From an uncultured Bacilli bacterium (GTDB lineage Bacteria > Bacillota_I > Bacilli_A > RF39 > UBA660), in assembly GCA_934102335.1 (NCBI GenBank), contig CAKOSP010000005.1, forward strand, positions 63 to 64,062: a stretch of DNA of 64,000 nucleotides, in the 5' to 3' direction. Below are positions 9,591 to 16,794 of the stretch, piece after piece. Positions within the stretch are counted from its first letter, which is position 1. Each line of letters begins with the position of its first letter. The position numbers and the translations under genes are program-made. The notes beneath the pieces are model-generated. The model was not told the origin of the DNA, did not search any database, and saw only the letters and a list, made by a program, of their open reading frames with translations.

Positions 9591-9668
9591 CAAAACTTCG
9601 TAATGAAAATAAAAGAGAAAGCTTATCGCTACTTACAAAATTACTTCGTAATTTCATAATATAATATA

Positions 9669-10283
9669 CTATTTAAAAAAAGTTGGATACACTTTAGGAA
9701 TCTTGACAGTAGATTTGTTGCCATTATCTTTTACACAATTAACTTTATAAATTTTTTTGTTATTGCCTTTAAAATTTTTTTCTAATATTTTAGAAACATA
9801 AACTGGTTTACCATACATAACTGTATCAAAAGTTGTTTTAAGCTCATTGTTTTTATATAATTCAAAAAGTGCTTTTACAGTTTCATCATCTTGGGCTATA
9901 CCAGTTGCCTCTATTTCTGCATCTATTTTATTTTCTGTAAAAATTGCGGATGGTCCAGCTAATAATGTGGTAAAAGATTTAGGAAACATACTACCTCTTA
10001 AATTTGGTGCTATCATCATGTAATATAAATCGTCTTTATCTTCAATCAAAACTGACATAGATGACTTGTTGATTACTCCAAATCTTCTTATAAAATATAC
10101 ACAAAGTAAAATAGTTATTACCCATATTATTAGTGCTAGTATAAATTTTATAGTCCCAGAACCAAGTAAAATTGCTGGTGTAATACCGCCAATAATTCCA
10201 ATCAAGATTGCTGTTAAAAATTCAACACTTCCTCCAACACCATTTTTAATGGCATATTCATCATTATATTTGTGAATCTTCAT
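9669..10283 (-). CDS. Hypothetical membrane protein, 204 aa
   Basis: Two TM helices at the N-terminus and no recognised motif. Confidence 0.55.
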   Translation of the reverse strand: MKIHKYNDEYAIKNGVGGSVEFLTAILIGIIGGITPAILLGSGTIKFILALIIWVITILLCVYFIRRFGVINKSSMSVLIEDKDDLYYMMIAPNLRGSMFPKSFTTLLAGPSAIFTENKIDAEIEATGIAQDDETVKALFELYKNNELKTTFDTVMYGKPVYVSKILEKNFKGNNKKIYKVNCVKDNGNKSTVKIPKVYPTFFK

Positions 10284-10458
10284 ACTTTTTTATCTTCTTT
10301 CTATTATCAATTTTACCATAAATTTGATAAAATTAATCAAATTTATGTGATTTTTTAGAAAAATGTGATATATTTATATCAGTTAGTAGTTATTACTTAA
10401 ATATTTGTGCTTAGCAGTTGATAGATTTTTACCATAAGAACACTAGATTGCGAAGGAA

Positions 10459-10486
10459 CTCGAATTTATAAAAATTCGAGTTTTTA
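10459..10486 (+). promoter_or_regulatory. Orphan intrinsic terminator or attenuator hairpin 56 nt upstream of the kinase gene
   Basis: ctcgaattt-ataa-aaattcgag followed by ttttt, with no plus-strand gene upstream. Confidence 0.45.
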
Positions 10487-10541
10487 TATGTTTAAAATTA
10501 TGATAAAATAAATACGAGAATAATCATACGGAGGTAATTAA

Positions 10542-11216
10542 ATGAAAAGTGGAAAGTTAATTGTTATTGAGGGGGCGTGTGATGGTATTGGTAAAACTAC
10601 ACAATATGAAATGTTAATTGATCGTTTATCTAAAGATGGTGAAAAACTTTGTAAGCATCATTTTCCTTCTTATAATACATATCAGGCAAAACCTGTTGAA
10701 ATGTATTTAAAGGGCGAATATGGTATGCCAAAAGAATTGTCGCCTTATTTTATAAATAGTTTGTATGCTGTTGATAGAGCTATAACTTGGTATTCAGAAT
10801 TAAAACCTTTATATGAAAGAGGTGAGACTATATTACTTGATAGATATACAACTTCTAGTTTAATCTATCAATCAGCTTTAATTGAAGATGTAGAACAAAA
10901 GAAAAAGTTTATAGATTTTGTTATAGATTTTGAGTATAATAAAATCGGTATAAAAAAACCGGATCATGTTGTTTTTTTACTTGCTCCATTTGAATTAGTA
11001 AGCAAGATGCGGAATGCTAGATTGCAAAATGATGGGGTAGAAAATGATATTCATGAAAGTAATTTGGAGTTTATGAAAAAAGTATATAAAAGCGCTTTGT
11101 TTATAGCTGATTATCTTAATTGGGATGTAATTCAGTGTAATGATAATGATGTAATGCGTAGTAAAGAAGAGATACATCAAGAAATATATAATTTAATTCA
11201 AACAAAAAAGAGTTAA
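10542..11216 (+). CDS. Thymidylate kinase / deoxynucleoside kinase family protein
   Basis: P-loop IVIEGACDGIGKTT. DRY motif LLDRYTTSSLIYQ. Confidence 0.7.
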   Translation: MKSGKLIVIEGACDGIGKTTQYEMLIDRLSKDGEKLCKHHFPSYNTYQAKPVEMYLKGEYGMPKELSPYFINSLYAVDRAITWYSELKPLYERGETILLDRYTTSSLIYQSALIEDVEQKKKFIDFVIDFEYNKIGIKKPDHVVFLLAPFELVSKMRNARLQNDGVENDIHESNLEFMKKVYKSALFIADYLNWDVIQCNDNDVMRSKEEIHQEIYNLIQTKKS

Positions 11217-11234
11217 CAAACTCTTTTTATTTTA
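11207..11234. terminator. Bidirectional intrinsic terminator
   Basis: aaagagtt-aaca-aactcttt followed by ttatttta. Confidence 0.7.
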
Positions 11235-11585
11235 TCTTCCTTGTTTAAATGCATCTGATGGATTAACATTAAAGTTTATGACACGACTTAATGGCTCAAT
11301 TTCAAATTTGTCACCGTAAATTTTAATTTGACTGTTTATGAAGTTGTGAACATCATCCCATGTGTCAGTCATAACATCAATTCCTACATTTCTAAGTTGA
11401 GGATATTTTTTTAAAAGATAGCTTTGTACTACTGGGTGATAATATGGCATTTCATTATAAGATGTAATTTGATTGTTACAAACAAAACTTAATATTTCAA
11501 ATACATTTTCTATATCTGTAAAATATCTCCCACTGGTAATTGTGAGTACTGTAGCTAAGTCAAATGTTTTAGAACTGTTATTCAT
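11232..11585 (-). CDS. Hypothetical protein, 117 aa
   Basis: A complete ORF with a good coding look and no motif recognised. Confidence 0.5.
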   Translation of the reverse strand: MNNSSKTFDLATVLTITSGRYFTDIENVFEILSFVCNNQITSYNEMPYYHPVVQSYLLKKYPQLRNVGIDVMTDTWDDVHNFINSQIKIYGDKFEIEPLSRVINFNVNPSDAFKQGR

Positions 11586-11669
11586 AAACCCTCCCTATTA
11601 ATATATTAACAAATTTTTTATTTATGTGCAATAATTAACATTTATTGTTATAATGGACTTAGGTGTAGT

Positions 11670-12935
11670 ATGAGAAAAATATTAACTGATTTTAATAATG
11701 GTGTTTATAAAAAAAATGTTAAATTATTAAAACATATTGATAATGACAACTGTATAATTATTAATAATAAATTAAAAAAACAAGAATGGGTGGGAGTAGG
11801 TTCCGCCTTAACGGAGGCTTCTGCCTATAATTTTTCTTTACTTTCTGATAGTGCCAAAGAAAAATTTTTAACTGATTATTTTTCAGAAGAAGGGTTAGAT
11901 TTTAATTTTGGAAGAATATCTATAGGAAGTAATGATTTTTCACTAAAATCTTTTGATTATAGTTCTTCTTTAGATTTGATCGACTTTAATATTTCTGATG
12001 ATTTTAAATATACTTTGCCTTTTATAAAAAGGGTTTTAAATGTAAAAAAAATTGATTTAATTGCTTCACCGTGGTCACCTCCTAAAATGTATAAAAATAA
12101 TAATTTATTAATTGGAGGAAAACTAAAAAGAAAGTATTATGACAAATATGCTTTGTATTTAAAGTTTTATTTGAATGCCTATAAAAAAGAAGGAGTTAAT
12201 ATAAGATATTTAACGATGCAAAATGAACCTTTTGCAAATCAAAAATGGGAATCATGTGTGTACTCATTAAAACAACAAAAGACTTTTATTTATAAATATT
12301 TAATTTCTAAATTGGATGATACTAAAATTTTATTATGGGATCATAATAAAGAAAATTTGCCTAAAGTTGTAGATAAGCTTTATAAAAATAATCCTTTAAT
12401 AGGAGGCGTTGGTTTTCATTATTATACTGGAAGTTATTTTGATAATATAGAAATAGTTAGAGCTAAATATCCTAATTTATTACTTATTAATACAGAAATG
12501 TGTTGTGGTTTTTCAAGGTTTAATGAGCTTGATTGGTTGAATGATGCTGAAATTTATTTAAAAGAACTAATTGGAGATGCAAATAGTGGAGTAAATGCTT
12601 TTTTAGATTGGAATATATTACTTGACGAAAAAGGTGGCCCCTGTCATTTTTATAATCCAGTTAAAAGTAGTTCAATTTATAAAAATGGAACATATATTAA
12701 AAGTCCAATTTATTATTATTTATACCATTTTTCACATTTTATTAAGCAGGGTAGTTTTATTTTAGATGTGAATAATAATAGTGATTTGTTTGTTACTGCA
12801 GCAAGTACTGGGAAAAATATTGTTGTAATTGTTATGAATACTAAAAATTTTGATAATAAATTTGTAATAAAAATTTCAAATAGAAAAATTAGTGATCAAA
12901 TTCCTAAAAGAAGTATTATAACTTATATAATTTAG
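11670..12935 (+). CDS. Glycoside hydrolase family 30 (glucosylceramidase-like) protein
   Basis: WVGVGSALTEASAY..., ASPWSPPKMYK, LTMQNEPFA, and the catalytic-region motif NTEM are all typical of GH30. Confidence 0.75.
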   Translation: MRKILTDFNNGVYKKNVKLLKHIDNDNCIIINNKLKKQEWVGVGSALTEASAYNFSLLSDSAKEKFLTDYFSEEGLDFNFGRISIGSNDFSLKSFDYSSSLDLIDFNISDDFKYTLPFIKRVLNVKKIDLIASPWSPPKMYKNNNLLIGGKLKRKYYDKYALYLKFYLNAYKKEGVNIRYLTMQNEPFANQKWESCVYSLKQQKTFIYKYLISKLDDTKILLWDHNKENLPKVVDKLYKNNPLIGGVGFHYYTGSYFDNIEIVRAKYPNLLLINTEMCCGFSRFNELDWLNDAEIYLKELIGDANSGVNAFLDWNILLDEKGGPCHFYNPVKSSSIYKNGTYIKSPIYYYLYHFSHFIKQGSFILDVNNNSDLFVTAASTGKNIVVIVMNTKNFDNKFVIKISNRKISDQIPKRSIITYII

Positions 12936-12972
12936 TATACTTTTAAATAGTTTATTGGTATACTTTAATTAA

Positions 12973-13046
12973 GCCGATTTAGTATAGTGGCATTACAGAT
13001 GCATGGTAAGCATCAAAGGGCAGTTCAATTCTGCCAATCGGCACCA
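12973..13046 (+). tRNA. tRNA-Thr (anticodon GGT), with an atypically short D-stem
   Basis: Acceptor gccgatt/aatcggc, anticodon stem gatgc/gcatc, loop atGGTaa, T-arm ggcag-ttcaatt-ctgcc, CCA end, total 74 nt. Confidence 0.7.
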
Positions 13047-13074
13047 GATTTATGGATAACTCGAACTTTTCTAG
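13040..13074 (+). repeat. 35-bp direct repeat copy 1 (ggcaccagatttatggataactcgaacttttctag), covering the tRNA 3' end plus the downstream hairpin
   Basis: Matches 14249-14283 at 33 of 35 positions. Confidence 0.7.
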
Positions 13075-13273
13075 TTAAAGTAATAAATGCTAACAGAAAT
13101 GTTAGTTTTTTGTTGTTTAAAAAGGAAGGCGATTACATAATAATTTTGAATTACATGATATAATAGATAATACATATAGATAACAATAAATTGTTATTTA
13201 TATCCAAAAAATTATGAATATGATAATATCGATTTGGATATTTAAAAAACGAGCTACTGCTCGTCAATAAAAG

Positions 13274-13396
13274 CAAAATTCCATTTTAGTAACATACTAC
13301 ACTATTGACAAAACCAATAACGGTGCGCAAAGGAAAATCCTTTTTAAACATAATTTTAGCAAGGCATAAATCCAAGTAAAATTATGTTTTTATTTT
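13274..13396 (+). repeat. tRNA-Thr-downstream repeat copy B
   Basis: Same element as 9455-9590. The conserved terminal hairpin and T-run overlap the stop codon of the minus-strand lipoprotein gene. Confidence 0.55.
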
Positions 13397-13887
13397 GCCA
13401 ATTCTAAAGAATAATATTTTCCTTTAAATAATGCGGATTTTTCAGTTGCATAGTATTCTTTCTTAGTTCCAAATTCATATCTGCTATTATCTGTATATTC
13501 ACCATTTTGATATTTATAGTATGAATGGTCACTATCGCATATTGCATCTTCAGAACTTATAGTATTTACATCATTATTTATAGTTACATCATAATAAATT
13601 GTCACTAAATGATCATATTCAGAATCTTTTGAATAACGATTATTCTCATATTTAATTGCAATCATTTTTGAATCTTTATCTTTATAAATATAATAATTTT
13701 CTGTTTTGCACCATTCCAAAGGCCAATGATTGTATGACTCAGTATCAATTTGTTCCATACTATCTGATATTATTTTTTCGTTTTTTAAAGCAGTAAAAAT
13801 TTTGGATTTATCTTTTTCATTACTTTCACATCCACATAAACATAATATACATATTAACAAACTAAAAACACATAACACTTTTTTCAT
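13390..13887 (-). CDS. Putative lipoprotein, 165 aa
   Basis: Lipobox signal MKKVLCVFSLLICILCLCGC. Tyr-rich. Confidence 0.6.
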   Translation of the reverse strand: MKKVLCVFSLLICILCLCGCESNEKDKSKIFTALKNEKIISDSMEQIDTESYNHWPLEWCKTENYYIYKDKDSKMIAIKYENNRYSKDSEYDHLVTIYYDVTINNDVNTISSEDAICDSDHSYYKYQNGEYTDNSRYEFGTKKEYYATEKSALFKGKYYSLELAK

Positions 13888-14191
13888 ATTTTAACTCCTA
13901 TTTTATTTCCAAGTTGTTTTAGAATCATTGTCTGGTAAATATGATTCGTTTGGATTTTCTAGATTATATTTAACATTAACCTCATTTCCAACGACAGCTT
14001 CTATACCAGTATTTATTTCAATTAAACTTTTATTTTTGTTTCTTTAATTACTCCTTTACATGTTTCAGTACAATTATTTTTTTGCATAAGCTACTACCTA
14101 CCTTTCTACAATTATTTTATCATAGATTATTTTAATTTTGTTTGGTTTATGTAAAATTATACAAATTTATTAATCAAAAATGTAAAATATG

Positions 14192-14255
14192 TAGTATAAT
14201 GATTACAGAAATTAATCTTATTAAAAATTTCCAAACGTGTCTAACTATGGCACCA
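14192..14255 (+). pseudogene. Possible decayed partial copy of tRNA-Thr(GGT)
   Basis: tagtata..attacaga (5') and ggcacca (3') match the intact tRNA with the same spacing, but the middle has diverged. Confidence 0.3.
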
Positions 14256-14283
14256 GATTTAGGGATAACTCGAACTTTTCGAG
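14249..14283 (+). repeat. 35-bp direct repeat copy 2 (ggcaccagatttagggataactcgaacttttcgag)
   Basis: Matches 13040-13074 at 33 of 35 positions. Confidence 0.7.
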
Positions 14284-14323
14284 ATAATATAAAAACTACT
14301 TTCAATTTAATTTGAAAGTAGTT

Positions 14324-15088
14324 TTATTTTGTTAGTGCTTTTTTTCGCTTATTAGTTGTTAATTCATCATGATATTGCAAATAAACTTGTTGTTTTTCAT
14401 TTTCTGATAAAACTGACCAATTATTATGTCGTGAAGCAAAAGAAATGGCTTTTATGAAAGAATTTTTTGGGATTCCTATATCCGTTTTGTCTCTAGTTGG
14501 TTTTCTTGGCTCTTTTTCAATAACCATTATTGTCATTGAATATTGATTCCAATCTTTTAAATATCTTTCATTTTTATATATTTCTCCCTTATTTTGGTAG
14601 CTTCCTATTTTATAATATTCTTCAATAACATTTAATTTATTTTTTTTGTTATTTAAATCGCCTGATTGCTCTTTAATATAATCATAAGTTTTTCTTAATA
14701 TTTTCAACATGGCTATAGTCTTAAGTGATGAGGTTCTATCTTTATATTCTTCTTCCAATAATGCTAGTCCATTTTTTGCTTGTTCTAAATAATTTTTATT
14801 ATTTCTATTTTTTTCGATAAATTTATAAAGTTCACTTTGTTCCATAACTTTTTTAGATAATAAAAATTCTTCAAATAATAAATTTATTTTATCTAATCTA
14901 TTTATATTTAAATATATTAATTGTTCATTTACAAATGTTGTACCGTATTTTTCTTTTTGTTCTTTTAGCCTTCTTTCAAGTTCTTCTATTGTTTCCTTGC
15001 GCATAAAAGGTGCCAATATAAAACATGCATTTTCATATAAATATTTGTATCTTCTTATTAGTTCTTGTTTTGCTGTTTCAACTGTCAT
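14324..15088 (-). CDS. Hypothetical protein, 254 aa, predicted helical or coiled-coil rich
   Basis: A complete ORF with no recognised motif. It is downstream partner of the HExxH ORF on the same strand. Confidence 0.55.
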   Translation of the reverse strand: MTVETAKQELIRRYKYLYENACFILAPFMRKETIEELERRLKEQKEKYGTTFVNEQLIYLNINRLDKINLLFEEFLLSKKVMEQSELYKFIEKNRNNKNYLEQAKNGLALLEEEYKDRTSSLKTIAMLKILRKTYDYIKEQSGDLNNKKNKLNVIEEYYKIGSYQNKGEIYKNERYLKDWNQYSMTIMVIEKEPRKPTRDKTDIGIPKNSFIKAISFASRHNNWSVLSENEKQQVYLQYHDELTTNKRKKALTK

Positions 15089-15213
15089 TTTAAAACCTCC
15101 CAGTGTTATATTTATTATATTATAGAATATATAAATTGTATAGCAATTTATATGTTTTATAATACCAATGTTCTTGTTTCATGTGTATTTCATAATTTTT
15201 GAGATTTGTAAAT

Positions 15214-16014
15214 TTATTTTATATTTAAGATTCTTTTTCTAGTACTTTCTTTTATTTTTAATCCATAACGAATGCAATCTTCTTCGGATAAATCTGTATC
15301 TTGATAAAACTTTTGATACTTTTTATACATTTGTATTTTTTTGTAAGTTTCTTCTAAGGACCCTTGAGTACTATTTAAATATCCAATTTTGGCGTATTGA
15401 CTTTTTATGTTGTTAAAGGTTTTATAAAAATTTTCTTCTTTCATAAATAAGCATAATTGACATAATAAATCAAGACTTTCAATGTTGGCGTTTCGTTCTA
15501 AAATATATGAATTCTCATCTTTTTTGTATAGAAATAGGGATACTATTCTTTTTCCTTCCTTATAAGGTCGCGGAATAATTGATTGTGTTTTTTGAAATAA
15601 TTCAAAGATATATTTATATCCATTTTTTATCATGTCATTTGGAGAATCTATTAAACATTTACTCATTAAAAATTGATTAGAATGCGCAATTTCATGTCTG
15701 ATTGCAAATAAAGCTAAATATATTTTTAATAAATCCCTATTGGTTTCGTTATACATTTCACTTATACTAATTGTATTTATGTTTAGCCATGTATTCATTT
15801 TTTGAGTAGATAAAATTATTTGCATGTTTTGAGGTTGAAATATTGCAGTGTTTAGACCTTTTTCTTGTACTTTAAAATTTATGTAATCATTATTTATTAG
15901 TTCTTTTAAAAGTTGGTTATAAAAATCTAAATTTATTCCATTTTTTTTAGCATATTCCATTAAGTCTTTTAAAATTTCTAAATAATCTTTATTCATTAAG
16001 TTTCTCCCTTGCAA
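15214..16014 (-). CDS. Hypothetical protein with a putative zincin motif HEIAH
   Basis: LALFAIRHEIAHSNQF, with a Glu ~32 residues downstream, is compatible with a gluzincin. No other similarity was recognised. Confidence 0.5.
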   Translation of the reverse strand: MQGRNLMNKDYLEILKDLMEYAKKNGINLDFYNQLLKELINNDYINFKVQEKGLNTAIFQPQNMQIILSTQKMNTWLNINTISISEMYNETNRDLLKIYLALFAIRHEIAHSNQFLMSKCLIDSPNDMIKNGYKYIFELFQKTQSIIPRPYKEGKRIVSLFLYKKDENSYILERNANIESLDLLCQLCLFMKEENFYKTFNNIKSQYAKIGYLNSTQGSLEETYKKIQMYKKYQKFYQDTDLSEEDCIRYGLKIKESTRKRILNIK

Positions 16015-16121
16015 TTTTTGTTTTATATTATATTGTTTTATAATATGATTGTCAATTTTATTAAATGTAACTTAGTTGTAACTTATAGTGACATATAATC
16101 TATATTGAAAGAGAGGTTTTT

Positions 16122-16793
16122 ATGGAAATTTTAAAAGTTGAAAATTTAACAAAAGTTTATGGTAAAGCTTCTACAAAGGTAGTAGCCCTTGATCATGTTT
16201 CTTTTTCAGTAGAAAAGGGAGAATTTGTAGCAATTGTCGGGGCATCTGGAAGTGGTAAATCAACTCTTTTACATTTAATTGGTGGTGTTGATAGACCTAC
16301 TAGTGGAAAAGTATTTGTTGATGGGCAAGATATATATCAATTAAATGATGATAAACTTGCTATTTTTAGAAGACGTCAAGTTGGTTTAATTTATCAGTTT
16401 TATAATTTAATACCCATTTTAAATGTAGAAGAAAATATAACGTTGCCATTAGCATTAGACAATCGTAGTGTTGATAAAGAAAAATTAGATAATATGATTA
16501 AGACTTTGGGACTTGAAAACAGAAGAAAGCATTTGCCTAACGAACTTTCTGGTGGACAACAACAAAGAACAAGCATTGGTAGAGCTTTGATTACTAATCC
16601 TACTATTATACTTGCTGATGAACCAACTGGTAATTTGGATTCTAAAGCAAGTGAGGAAATTGTTTCTCTTTTGAAAAAAACAAATAAAGAATATAAACAA
16701 ACAATTATTATGATTACTCATAATTTGGAAATAGCTAAATGCGCTGATAGAATTATAAAAATTGAAGATGGAAAAATAGTTGAGGAGGTTTAA
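16122..16793 (+). CDS. ABC transporter ATP-binding protein (BceA / MacB-type)
   Basis: Walker A GASGSGKST, signature LSGGQQQR, Walker B ILADEPT. Confidence 0.9.
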   Translation: MEILKVENLTKVYGKASTKVVALDHVSFSVEKGEFVAIVGASGSGKSTLLHLIGGVDRPTSGKVFVDGQDIYQLNDDKLAIFRRRQVGLIYQFYNLIPILNVEENITLPLALDNRSVDKEKLDNMIKTLGLENRRKHLPNELSGGQQQRTSIGRALITNPTIILADEPTGNLDSKASEEIVSLLKKTNKEYKQTIIMITHNLEIAKCADRIIKIEDGKIVEEV

Positions 16794-16794
16794 T

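Noticed and set aside
10066-10275. Antisense ORF overlapping the 9669..10283 gene
   Set aside because: It is fully embedded antisense and hydrophobic low-complexity, with no RBS.
10995-11180. Antisense 61-aa ORF within the Tmk/dNK-like gene
   Set aside because: Antisense overlap, so it is spurious.
13040-14283. The 35-bp direct repeats as CRISPR-like repeats
   Set aside because: There are only two copies 1.2 kb apart, and they contain a tRNA 3' end. That is an att-type duplication and not an array.
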